64,000 nt of DNA. Source: Lama guanicoe. Its lineage: Eukaryota. The notes under the pieces are model-generated. The model did not search any database, was not told where the DNA came from, and saw only the letters and a program-made list of their open reading frames with translations. Below are positions 15,071 through 27,400 of this stretch, one piece after another; positions within the stretch are counted from its first letter, which is position 1; every line of letters begins with the position of its first letter. The DNA is taken from the NCBI GenBank assembly GCA_013239625.1, contig MU054032.1, forward strand, positions 372,001 to 436,000, given 5' to 3'. A program made the position numbers and the translations under genes.

Positions 15071-16745
15071 GTTATTTAGTTGTATAAATAAAACAATCAT
15101 CGTTAAAGAAAGGAGAAAAATTAATGAAGCAAAGCTATGAGTGAAATTACAAGTACTAAAAATTTACATTTAGAGACAGCTTCTCTTATATGTATCCTTC
15201 TCCAGTGTGTGTACACACACTTTTTTAGAACACAATGGCACTATAATATAATATGTATAAATGTTATTTTACTTACTATGTAAATAATGAATACATTTAA
15301 ATAATATAAATATTAACAAGCATCAAAAAAAAAAGTCATACTGGTGCTACATTGTGTACCGTTTTATGGATACAAGGAATTCTACTGGATGTTTACTATT
15401 TCTGATTTTATTTTTCTTGTATAAACAATCCTTAAACAATCTAGTATATTGTTTTACACCCTTGTGTAATTATTTCATTAGGCTAAGTTACTGGAATTAG
15501 GATTGCTAGGTTAAAGGGTATATATATATTTTTTAGGACATTTACTGTTTTTTTCCTTGGTTATGATTCACCTGATCACCTTGATCAACTTTTTCTTGCA
15601 AGAGGACATTTTTCCAGACCTTGGTATAGTATATGACATGTTGTGTGTGTATGTCATCTATGTTTTATTACATAAATGACGGGTATAGTCGGTGACACAT
15701 TGAGTACTTTGGACATGTTTTTTGATTTAACCTTAATATTCCTTCATAACAGGATAATTATAGCCTCATTTCTTTATTTGAATATTGAATATACACACAG
15801 AGAAAACCTTTTTGAAAGGTACAAAGGAATTTTTAATTTCCTTAATCATTTCCCCCACTCGTCTTCCTTAATGACCCCTCCTCAGGAGCAACCACTGTTG
15901 GCAGTTTCCTGTGTCTCCTTCTGGAGAGTTCCATGCATATGAAAGGATATACATATACATACTTTTTTTTGCACTCGTGGTGGCATACTTTACATATACT
16001 ATTATATACCTTAGTTTTTTGTCTTAACAGTGTGTCTTAGAAGACTGCATACCTGGTGCATTTTAAGGCAGCAATAATTTTTTCCCCTCTGATTAGTTTT
16101 ATAGATGTTGTAGAGAAACCAACTTACAATTTATTTAATTGAGGTAGATATTGTAAAGTAAGCAGTTCAACAGTTCAGTTATGGCTGTTTGGGGATATTT
16201 TTGCAATCGTGTAGAAGCTGTCTCAGGTAGCTCCTCTTCCTGACTAAGCAGTCTAAGGTTGTATTAACTGAAGGAGAGAGGAGAGGTGGCGATAGTCCCA
16301 TTATGTCCATGTTGGCCACCCCACAGGTGGCACTCTGGGTACCTTGTTTTAGGGGCCATGGGCATCCTAGAACGCTGTGGAAGAACTGAGTCTGGGCTCG
16401 ATGTTTCTCCTCTGTGCTCTTGCTGCGCCCTATCTTGACCTTTCCCAGGTGTGTCTGAGTGCAGGGTGACTGCTTTTGGGTACTGTGGAGAGGATTCTTG
16501 CTCTGGAATGTTAAACCAGATTGACTCTTATGGTCCATTCTAATTCTGAAGGCAAAAATAAAACTCACTTAACAGGGTCAATGGGAAAAACTTCTAGCTA
16601 TGATCAAATTCTGTCATCTTTTATTCCTGTACTTCAAAGTAAAAGCATTCTCGTATTTTTTTATTCTCAAGTAACTTCTAAATTTAAATTTATATTTTTT
16701 CCATATTTGTGGAAGACAGATGTTTAAATTTGAATTATGACTTTT

Positions 16746-16870
16746 GGGGGGTGGTTGGAGGTAATTAGGTTTATTCATTTAATTATTTTTAATTGTGGTA
16801 CTGGGGATTGAACCCAGAGCCTCATGCATGCTAGATGTGCACTCTACCACTTGAGCTATAACCTCCCCAC
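16746..16870 (-). mobile_element. tRNA-derived SINE, Vic-1-like (camelid), with 15-bp TSD
   Basis: Minus strand reads GGGGAGGTTATAGCTCAAGTGGTAGAG (A box)...GGGTTCAATCCCCAG (B box)...AT-rich tail. Flanked by the perfect direct repeat TGAATTATGACTTTT at 16731-16745 and 16871-16885. Confidence 0.85.
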
Positions 16871-18747
16871 TGAATTATGACTTTTAAAAAAAAGTATACT
16901 AATTAAAACTTTTGGTAGTTAAAAATAGAAGAACATTATCCTCAGTCTTACGTCCAAAAGAAACCATTGTTAACATTTTGATAATTCTTTCTGGTCTCTT
17001 TGTGTATGGATTGTTTATAAATACATGCTTTTAAACAGATCTGTATGTAAATTTGTGTCCTACTTTTTTCACCAATTATTGTATTATGTTAACTGAATAT
17101 TCCTCATAAGCATCATTTAAAAGATATGTTATTCCATTAAATGAATTTGCATTACCATAATTGTTTAACTACCTTTACTGTTCATTTAAATGAATAAGTG
17201 ATTATCTGATTTTTTTAAGTTTACTGGTATGATTTTTGCAAATCTATTTGGACCTCTTTTACTACCATTCTTTCTTCCTTCCTCCTTTAGAGGTATCCCT
17301 CTTCCTATTTAACATAATTCCAGATCTCCTCCCTACCTCTCCCTCAATGACCAGATTCTCTCCTGTTGTTATTTTTCCTTCTTTACTAGTGTTTTCCTCT
17401 CAGTACATAAACATCTTCAAGCCTTTCTCATCCTGAGGGAAAATATCCCACACAAGCTACTTCCTCAAGCTCCTGTCCTCCTTTAGCTGGTCCTCTCTTC
17501 TTCCTTGGAGATCAGCTTTTTGACCGGGTTCTCCTCAGTCCCTGTTTCTCTGTGTCATTTGTTCATTTTGAACCGCTGCAGCCTGGCTTCCACTGGCCAT
17601 GCGGCACAAAACTGCTCTCCGTGGCACCACCCAGCTCCTCGGAACCACGGAACCACTCTCTGCTATGGTCTCCACAGTTCCATGTCCTGACAATTTTCAA
17701 TTTTTTTTAATCTGACTTGTATTTGCAGTTTTTGACACCTCTTTTCCCTCTAAGCACTCCACTTCCTTAGCATTTTTTTGTGGTAAAAAAAATATTTACC
17801 ATCTTAAACCATTTTTGAGTGTACAGTTCAGTGCTGTTAAGTATCTTCACATTGTTGTGAAACAGATCTCCAGAACTTTTCATCTTGCAAAACAAACTAC
17901 TCATGAAAGAAAAATTCCCCTTCCTCCTCCTCCCTCTGCAACTCCCTTGACTTTTGTGAGTGATTTTCTCTTATCTCTAGCCAATCTTTCTCAGTCTTTT
18001 TTGCAAGCTCCTTTTTGTTTTTTCCCTTTTCTGTCATTGTTAAAGTATCCTCATGCACTGTTAGTGGTAGTGTAAGTTGAAAAGGCTTTCCCAAAGTCCA
18101 ATATGGAAGTGTCTAGGGAAAGAAATAGTAGGCACACCATTCAGCCCAGCAGTCCCACCTCTGCGTATCTGTCCTAGGAGAGAGATTTGTCCTTGCGCTC
18201 CCAAAAAATCGTATTACAAAGATGTGAATTGCAACATGAGTTGTTCCAGGGGAAAAGTTGGCAATCAGGTAAACTTTAGTCATGAGGGGAATGGCTGAAT
18301 ACTTTGTAATCAAAGTGTAGACTGGTGGATTGGAAATTCTTACAATTAGAATGTAAATTACATGAGGGCAAGGACCTTACGTGTCTTGCTCATACATGAA
18401 TCTTTGTAGAGCAAAGAAGAGCAACTGAAAGAATGAATGTTCACCAAGCAATGGATGGGGAGAGAAAGGTGGGAAGAGAGGCCATCTTCTTTTAAATGAG
18501 AATATAGTCATACATATTTCTTGTGGAAAAGGAAAGACTGAAAAATAAAGCAAGGGTACTATAGTCTTCAGACCCACCTTCATTTTCTGTTTCCATTCTG
18601 TGCACTTTCCCTGTGTGGCTTCTCAGAAGTCATCAGCTAGATCCTACAGTAAAACACAATTAAATATAATTCACCATAGTAAAAGTTAAAAAAAATAAAA
18701 GAGAGAAATCATAAGCTATCACCTTCAGGATTCCTACTTGGAATCTT

Positions 18748-18954
18748 TTTCTTTTTTAATAGGCTTTATTTTTTTTAAGAGCAGTTTCAGGTTTATAGCA
18801 GAATTGAGGAAAATACAGAGTTTGCACATATATACTCCCCTACCCTCAACGTCTCATCAGTGTGGCATATTTGGTACAATTGATGAACCAACATGGACAC
18901 ATTATTATCAACCAAATTCCATAGTTTACGTTAGGGCTCACTCTTGACATTGCT
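18748..18954 (-). mobile_element. Old L1 3'-end fragment with degenerate TSD
   Basis: L1M-like 3'UTR text (agcagtttcaggtttatagcagaattgagg...acaattgatgaaccaacatggacac). Flanks TACTTGGAATCTT (18735-18747) and TACTTGAAATCTT (18955-18967). Confidence 0.65.
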
Positions 18955-19315
18955 TACTTGAAATCTTAAACTCTGTATGTCCAAAATTAAGATCATTATC
19001 TTTTTACCCCAATCCTGATCTTTTTTTTTTTTTTTTGAAATTCTTATTTTGGTCAATAAGAATTCACCACTTGTTATCCAAGGCAGAAACAAAGGACTCA
19101 TCATCTTTTTATTGCTTTCTGAACCAATATAGATTCTTAAATGCCTTGGTTTGAGCCTTTATACTTTTTTTAAAATCTGAATTTTTACAGCAACCTCCTA
19201 AAAAGGTCTAACTTTCTCTAATCTTCCCTATCCCCTGTATCTTCTGCATAGGTGCCAGAATCATTTGTGTAAAACAGAAAACCGATCATGTCAATTTCTT
19301 AAAAATCCTTCAGGT

Positions 19316-21489
19316 GTACACACACTCAGAGAATGGTCCCTCACAAGATTCTCATTAATTACAAAGGAAAAAAGTAATAACTCAACAGTAGAGAAACCTG
19401 ATGGACAGCATTTAACCAAAGGGTCAAAGTTAGTATCACCAGAAACAGTACAAATCAACATGTGCTCCTGATATGATGCATTGAGAACACAGTGCCACTT
19501 CTGTGGTATTTTTGCCCAAAATGAAACCTGCACTTAATCATGAGGAAACATAAGACAAATCCAAATTGAGAGGACCTTTTTTTTAAAAATTGAAGTGTAG
19601 TTGATTTACAGTGTTGTGTTAGTTTCTGGTGTACAGCACAGTGATTCAGTTATACATATATATTCATATATATTCTTTGTCATTATAGGCTATTACAAAA
19701 TATTGGATATAGTTCCCTGTGCTGTACAGTAGGACCTTGTTGTTTATCTATTTTACGTATAGTAGTTTGTATCTGCTAATCCCAAACACCTAATTTATCC
19801 CTCCCCCTACCCTTTTCCTCTTTGGTAACCGTAAGTTTGTTTTCTATGTTTGTGAGTCTGTTTCTGCTTTGTAAATAAGTTCATTTGTATCATTATTTTT
19901 TAGATTCCACATATAAATGATAACATATTTGTCTTTCTCCTAACTTACTTCACTTAGTATAGTAATCTCTAAGTCCATCCATGTTGCTGCAAATGACATT
20001 ATTTTATCCTTTTTTATGGCTGAGTAGTATTCCATTATATATCTATAATTGTGTGTGTATCTATATGTATATATAATTGTATATATACACACCACATCTT
20101 CTTTACGCAGTCATCTGTTGATGGACATTTAGGTTGCTTCCATGTCTTGGCTATTGTAAATAGGGCTGCTATGAACATTGGGGTGCATGTATCTTTTTGA
20201 GTCAGAGTTTTCTTCAGATACATGCCCAGGAATGGGATTCCTGGATCATATGGTAACTCTGTTTTTAGTTTTTAAGGAATCTCCATACTATTTTCCACAG
20301 TAGCTGCACCAAACTACATTCCCACCAACAGTGTAGGAGGGTTCCCTTTTCTCCACATCCTCTCCAGCATTTATTGTTTGTAGATTTTTAAATAATGACC
20401 CTTTTTACTGGTGTGAGGTGATAAACCGCATTGTGGTTTTGATTTGCATTTCTCTAATAATTAGCAATGTGGAGCATCTTTTCACATGCCTGTTGGCCAT
20501 CTGTATGTCTTTGGAGAAATGTCTATTTAGGTCTTCCGCCCAGTTTCGATTGGGTTTGTTTTTTTTGTTATTGAGTTATATGAGCTATTTGTATATTCTG
20601 GAAATTAAGCCCTTGTCAGTCACATCGTTTGCAAATATTTTCTTCTAGTCTGTAGGTTGTCTTTTCGTTTTGTTTATGGTTTCCATTGCTGCGTAAAAGC
20701 TTATAAGTTTGATTAGGTCCCATTTGTTTTGTTTTTGTTTTTGTTTTTTTGCTTTTATCTCTGTTGTCTTGGGAGACTGACTTAGGATAACATTGCCAAG
20801 ATTTATGTCGGAGAATGTTTTGCCTATGTTCTCTTCTAGGAGATTTATGGTATCCTGTCTTATGATTAAGTCTTTAAGCCGTTTTGAGTTTATTTTTGTG
20901 TATAGTATGAAGGAGTATTCTAACTTCATTGATCTACATGCAGCTGTCCAGCTTTCCCAACACCACTTGCTGAAGAGACTGTCTTTTCTAAATTGAAAGA
21001 CATTCTCATTTAATTGGTGTGTATTCTTAAAACATGTTAAATTTATGAAAGACAAAGATTTAGTAACTTTTTCAGATTGAAGAATTAAGAAAGCTTGACA
21101 ACTTAGTGCAACACAGACTTGAATGTTCTTTTGCTAAAGGAGATTATTGGGACAATAGGCAAAATTGGAAAAAGGTAGATACAGTATTACATCAGTATTA
21201 ATTTCCTGATTTGCATAGTTTTACTATCATTATGTAAAATAATGTTCTTCTTTTTAGGAAATACAGTATACATTAAAGTTATCTAGGGTTAAAGGCAGCA
21301 AGTCTACAATTTACTCTCAAGCAGTTCAGAAAATTTTTATTCATCTGTTTATGTATATGTATAGAAATTATAAAGTAAATGTGGTAAAATGTTAACATTT
21401 AAGGAATCTGGATGAAGTATATATGGGATGTTTCTAAGTCTGAAATTGTCAAAATGAAAAATTAAAACCTACAGGTTTATGTCAACAAA
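19316..21489 (+). mobile_element. Ancient L1MC/MD-type 3' end, interrupted by a younger L1
   Basis: Characteristic text (aatcatgaggaaacataagacaaatccaaattgag...gacattctc...aatgttaacatt...ctaagtctgaaattg). Flanked by AAAAATCCTTCAGGT (19301-19315) and AAGAATCCTTCAGGT (21490-21504). Confidence 0.65.
19577..20989 (-). mobile_element. 5'-truncated LINE-1 (end of ORF2 + 3'UTR + poly(A)), degenerate
   Basis: Translated remnants KDSLFSKWCWESW...LEENIG...KWDLIKL and KDTCTPMFIAALFTIAKTWKQPKCPS (L1 ORF2 C-terminus). Poly-T at the left end. Confidence 0.92.
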
Positions 21490-21629
21490 AAGAATCCTTC
21501 AGGTATTCCTGTAGTTTTCAGGTTAATTCTAGTGCTGGTGTAGTGTCCCAGGGCCTTCCTAACTTCCTTACTCTTAATTTATCCATCCCTTTCCGAACTT
21601 CTGGTGCTAGTATGCTATTTCTTTGCTGT

Positions 21630-23010
21630 TGATTGAGCCAGGTTCTTTTGGTTGTAAGATACAGAAAACCAATTTAAAGTAGCTTAAGCAAAAAGAGGAT
21701 ACACAGGGTGGTGTCTCACAGAAACCAAAGGTTGGAAGACAGCAGGGTCTTGGGAATAAATCCAGCCCTCTGAAGCCTCAGGACTTTCCAGCTCTCATCC
21801 AGGCCTTTCTCACTGTGTCTGTTTCAGTCTTTTCTTTCGCTCTGTAGATTTGTCTTCCTCAGTCCACATAACAGGTAGAGAAAGAACAACTTCTCTTTCT
21901 TGGTGTCAAGCTCAAATTCTCAGAGATAGGATCCGTTGACCCTGCTTGGATTGCACGCTCACCCGTGGCCCAGTCAGCTGTAGCTTAGGGTCAAGTCTTA
22001 CTGGTGAGCCATGTGGCTGAGAGAGAAAAGGAGAATTCCTAGTGAAGCACGCCATGGGTACGCGCTGCAGCTCTCAGTGATGGAGGCACACAGGGCAGTG
22101 ACACTGTGGGCTGCTCTTGGCTCTCTTTCCACCATCTTCATTGTTCATTTCAGTGAGTTGCAATAAGGAAAATCACAAGGGGCCTTAGTTCTGGGTTTTA
22201 CATTTCACTTTATGTCTTTAATATCATCCTTCATGTACTCACCCTAATCCATCACTGTTGACGGGTTATTCAAGGGAATGTTGGCATAGTAACTGAAGGC
22301 CAGCAGTCTAATGAGAGACACAAATATGGATATCCCCATTTTATATGAAGATAGCCAGACCAGGGTGGTTTACAGTAGCAATTTTGGAGGGTTTGTTAGT
22401 AAGCCCAAGGCCCTGAATTTAGGCCCTTGAGATGGAGGAATAAGCATGCAGAGAAATGGTGGTGACGGAGGTCAGTGTAATTGTAGCAGTGGCATCGGGT
22501 ATCATTGTCTCTTATAAAACAGATAAAGAAAGATAAGTGGTTCCAAAGTGAGCCTTGTAATTTCTTGTATCCATCAGCCTTGTGTGTTAATCAGGATTTT
22601 TCTCAGGTTAAAGAGATAAACTAGTAAACATACTAGGGAATTTACTGGCTCGTGTAACTTATGTTTGGAAAGTGATTGTGGCTTCATGCATGGCTAAGTC
22701 CAGGATCTCGAGTGATTTCATCTGAATTTGAGTTCTCAGCTCGGCTTTCTGCATTATAGCTGCATTCTATAAGCAGCCTTTCCTCGGTAATGGCAGAGAT
22801 GGTCACTGACTTCTCTGAGCTGAGCATCCTACCAGCTGTGCACCCCCAGGGGAAAGAGTGCCCCTTGAGAGCTCCAGTAGAGTCCCAGGCATCTCTCACT
22901 GACCCGGGTTGGGTCACATGTCCACTAGGAACCAGTGTGTGATTCCTGAGGGAAAACTGGTGCTGTTTGCAGACAATAGGGTGTTAAGTAGACAAAATAC
23001 ATGTCCACTC
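21630..23010. repeat. Probable MLT/MaLR-like LTR remnants (two segments, about 21630-22060 and 22575-23010)
   Basis: MLT1-like phrases (ggttcttttggttgtaagatacagaaaaccaattt...agcttaagcaaaaaga; gggtcacatgtccact...aaccag). Highly diverged. Confidence 0.45.
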
Positions 23011-23779
23011 TACCCTGGTTGCTGGGAAGCTTCCAGTTAAAGCAACATTTAATCACACCAAACACTTTATTGTTTTGTAAAGAACTGTGCTTGCTGCAAA
23101 ATTGGGTGTAGAATATGAGTTCCTACTCCTGAGAAATTTTTAATCAAGTAATAGAAATCAGATGTGTACATAAATAATGGTTACTCTCATGTACTGAGTG
23201 CCTAGTATGTGCCAGCAGGCACTTTGCTAAGTGTTTCATATGCCTTGTCTCTTTGAGGACAACTCTGTGAGAGTCACTTCTATTATTACTTATACCCATT
23301 TTATCTATTTAAAAAACCATTTAGGCTTTGGAAATGTGCAGAGTCTACCCAAGTCACACAGCTAATCAGTAGTAGACTTGGGGATGTCACACCCGTCAGT
23401 TTTGACTCAATCCAGTGCTGTACTTTGGCTTGCACTTGACCTGTCGAGGCCCTCAGCATCCATCCCATCTTCACCGCCTGCCCCGCCTCTACTGGACAGA
23501 GTGATTCTAAATTCCTGAGAACAATGTGATTGACTAGCTCATCTTTTTCAGGACATCACAGCTGATGGCTGATCTGTAGATTGTCTGCCCATCCTTGATC
23601 CAATTAGCCCACTGGTTGGATGTCCACAGGGGAGTTTCAGTTACTGTTCAGTGACCTCTTCGTTGGGTTTGGCCTTTAGGAGCCCAAAGAAGGGCACGGC
23701 AGCCTCACTGCTCTTTGAGTCTTTGTTCTCCTGAATTTCCCTCCCATTCAGACTCTCACCATCTCTCTCCTGCCTAGAT

Positions 23780-24400
23780 GTTCTTCCTGTCTCAGATCTT
23801 GCCCCTGTTCACAGACTGATTCTTAAAGGGGACTTTTATCACATCATTCCTTGTATATCTTTCAGATGCTCCCCATAGCCCTCAGGATGAAGTCCAAACT
23901 CCTTATATAAGGCTTCTCAGGGCCTGGCCCTTGCTGGCCTCTCCAGCCTTATGTTTTGACACTCCCTTTCTGGCACCCTTCATATCAGCCTTTTTCTGAA
24001 CCGTTTATAATTCCCTGAACTCATCGTATCCCTTCCTGCTCTGGGCCATTAAATATGCTATGTCATGTGCCTAAAACTCTTACGTCCCACCCTGGTCTGC
24101 CCCCCCCTGCCCCCTTACCCAGCCTAGCTAAGTCTTGTGTGTCTTGCTGGTGACACCTAGTTCTGGAAAACTTCTCAAAACCTCCCTCTCCTTTCAGCCT
24201 GGGTTAGGTATCCATATCTCTTGCCCTCATAACGCCCTGTGCTTATCCTAAAAGCATTTATCATTTCATATTCTAAGTGTATACTTATATAATGTCTTCT
24301 CCCATTAGAATTAAATTTAAGTCAGCTTTATCTACCCCCCCCAAATGACTGGCACATAGTAAGCTCTCAGTAAATATTTATTGGACAAATGAATGGATCT
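23780..24400 (+). repeat. L2 LINE 3' remnant
   Basis: ctccccatagccctcaggatgaagtccaaactcctt...tggcacatagtaagctctcagtaaatatttattggacaaatgaatg, a typical L2 terminus. Confidence 0.7.
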
Positions 24401-24495
24401 TGGCAATGAGATCAAGTTGGCACATGTCTGATCTTCTGAACTGGCCTCTTTTTCCTCTGTTGTTCCTTCCAGGACCTGGGTTTCAGTGATGAGAC

Positions 24496-27400
24496 ATGGG
24501 GTATGATGTAACCCGTTTCCAGGGGGATGTTGACGAAGACCTTATCTGTCCTATTTGCAGTGGAGTCTTGGAGGAGCCAGTCCAGGTGAGTCTGGCGGCA
24601 GCTTTGGGGAGGCAGTAGGTGGCAGTGGAGCTAGTAGGAGACATTCATAGGTGATGGGGCCAATGGGGAAGTCAGTGTGTCCTGGCTCCCTGTCCCCACT
24701 CCCCACACTCCTGACACACACAGGATAGTTTGGTGCAGAGGAGCAGTGGCAGCTGCAAGAGGAATGGGGCCTCCCAGAGTCTGTCTAGAGGTGGACGCCG
24801 CAGGAGTGCAGTGGTTCAGATTTCCTCCTGAGGTCGCTGTGAGACTGCTGTGCTGTGAAGCGTTTGTTTGTTTCTGTCCTCTGACAGTAGCTTGGTAGCT
24901 TCTTTTCCTCTTCAGCAGCTCTAACTAGGTTCTGTCTTCCTACCCAAGACTGAACTTTGGGACTCTCCCAAGAAGTTCTCTGCATTTTCATGATGTAGTA
25001 GTTCGGGTAATCAGCCAGTCTCCCCTCAGGCCTCTTCTGTCTGCCTACTATTTAACAAATAGGAAATAGGGGAACTGTAGGTACTGACCTAGTTTCTTCC
25101 TGGGATTTATTGAAAAAAAATTTTTGATGTAGCCATATACTCTGCATTTCGATATGAAAGCTGCCATTTTCATTAGGTCATTTCTCTACCAGCCTTGCCA
25201 GACCAGAGTCAGTTGTGTCTTCCTCGGGCAGGTATGAGAAGAAGCTCATGATTAACCAGGCAAGTATAATGAGTGAGATGAATTCTTAACAGTTGTATTC
25301 ATGGGACATCATCCTGTATGGTCCTTATTGCCCACACTCTGTACATACCAGTTGATCCTCCATCACTCCTGCTTGGCTGGAAATAATCCCATTTTCCAAA
25401 CCAGGACACCAGTCAGTGAGGGCTCTTGGCCCTTCCCCTACTCACTGCTTATACAACTCCCTGGAGCTCCCCTCGATCCTTAGAGTTTATTCTTACTGTC
25501 CAGTTTTCAACTCCCCAGAGCACAGATGCCTGAGCTGGATGAAAATCAGACTGCATCAATGGCAGCTAGCCCTGGACCTATCCCCTGCCTAGGCCTTTGC
25601 AGCCTACTGCCATTAGAAGCAGATTGGCTGGGTGTGGAGGAAGCTCTCCTGGCAGTGTCAAGAGGTCATGGGGTGTGTCAGTTACCTCCCTACCCTGGCA
25701 GGGCACTATCATTTGCGGTAAGTCACACGTGGAGAAGTGACTGTCTAAGGCAGAAACCACCCCCGGCCCCCAGGCTTTACCTTCTGAGGTTACCAGATAC
25801 ATTTCCAAGGGTAGAAGGGCCCTGATAGGGATGCTGATTTCCCTACATCATATTTATTCATTTATTGAATAGACAAATTCATACGGTTGAGAAATCAAAA
25901 CAGTATAAAAAGATACACGGTGAAAACTCTTGCGTCCATTCTTGTCCCAGTTTAGCTAATCCCCCCATGGATAACCATGTTTATTGGTTTATTTGGTATC
26001 CTTCCAGTGTGTATATGGGCAGAGATAAGCAACTATGAATGTTTATGTATATATTTGCCCACCTTTCTTGCACAGAATGTAGCACATTCTGTATACTCCC
26101 GCAGGGGTGACAGGTTTAGAGAAGAAGGTCACAAAAGAGGTGCCGTTGAGCTGGAATCTGAATGCCAGGAGGCATTCTGGCAGAGGGGAGCAGCAAAAGC
26201 AAGAGCAGGCATGAGTAGGGTGTGGACAAGGAACAGAGAGAAAGCCCAAATGGCCTGAACTCGGTGCTGGGAGCATGGTGTGAGGCGAGGAGAGGCCAGA
26301 GGCACAGGGCCAAATCCAGCAGAATTTTATGGGTCCTGAGCAGGAGTTTGGATTTATTTTAAGTGCAATGGGAAACCATTGTAAAGTTTCAAGCAGGCAA
26401 GGGATATGATCTAGTTTGCATTCTTAAATGAGTACTCCAGCTGCTGAATGTGGAATGGATTATAAAGGGGCAAGGCAGAAGTAGGAAGACCAGTTAGAAT
26501 ACATATTTAATAATGTAGATGTGTACACCTGAAACTGACACAACATTGTAAATCAACTATACGTCAATAAAATTTAAAAAAAAATAATGTAGATGAGAGA
26601 TGATAGCTTGAAGTGGGTTAGTTGGGGAAAGTGGACAAATTTAGGATTTTTTTGGAAATAGCATCTATAAGATTTTGGAAAGGATCAAATATGTCTTTAA
26701 GTGAAAAATATAATGTACTGACAGTTGGATTAACGATATTGAGAATGACTTCTTTCGTTATGAAACCTTTCTGTTACAGATTTTGGTGTTTGTGAGCATC
26801 TTGAGGGTAGAAACTGTCTTTTTTTATCTCAAGGACCTCGCGAACTGCAGGGACAGAATAGGCACTCCAGTTACTCATTCATTCACCCACATCTACTGAG
26901 TGCCTGCTGTGTTTGTCCCACTGGAGGCCAGATAGTGTCTCCCCAAAGGCCACGGAATCCTCGCACTTTGAATTATCAGGGAAGCAGGCTGAAATACCTT
27001 TATGAAACTGAAAAGAATGTGATTCTACAAAAAAACAAAACAAAACAAAAAAAAGCTTGCCCTGTTTTGGAGCATAGGCCTGTTCACTGGGACTCAGAGC
27101 AAAGCCTTAGATGGGCCCTCGTGAAGTAAGAGCTTGGGCCCACCAAGAGAGGACCCTTAACCCCTCACCAGAAGTTCAAGGTTTTTGTTTTGTTTTACTT
27201 TCTTATATTGAACTTTAGCCAGTATATCTTTGCCCCCCCTCATCTCTACTCATCCCTCAAGACCTGTATCAAATTCTATCCTCTTCAAAAAGTTCAAGTA
27301 GAAAAATAGACAGTATGAGGTGGTAGAGGAATACCTTCCAGGCCAAGGTACAAGATAAAATCCCAGATGAAGTAAGTGATGAAGATTTAGGCAATCTATC

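Noticed and set aside
16746..16870. Possible second tRNA gene
   Set aside because: A and B boxes are present, but there is no intact cloverleaf, and the AT-rich tail and TSD mark it as a SINE.
20035..21055. ORFs resembling reverse transcriptase C-terminal sequence as a host gene
   Set aside because: Fragmented L1 ORF2 remnants with stops and frameshifts.
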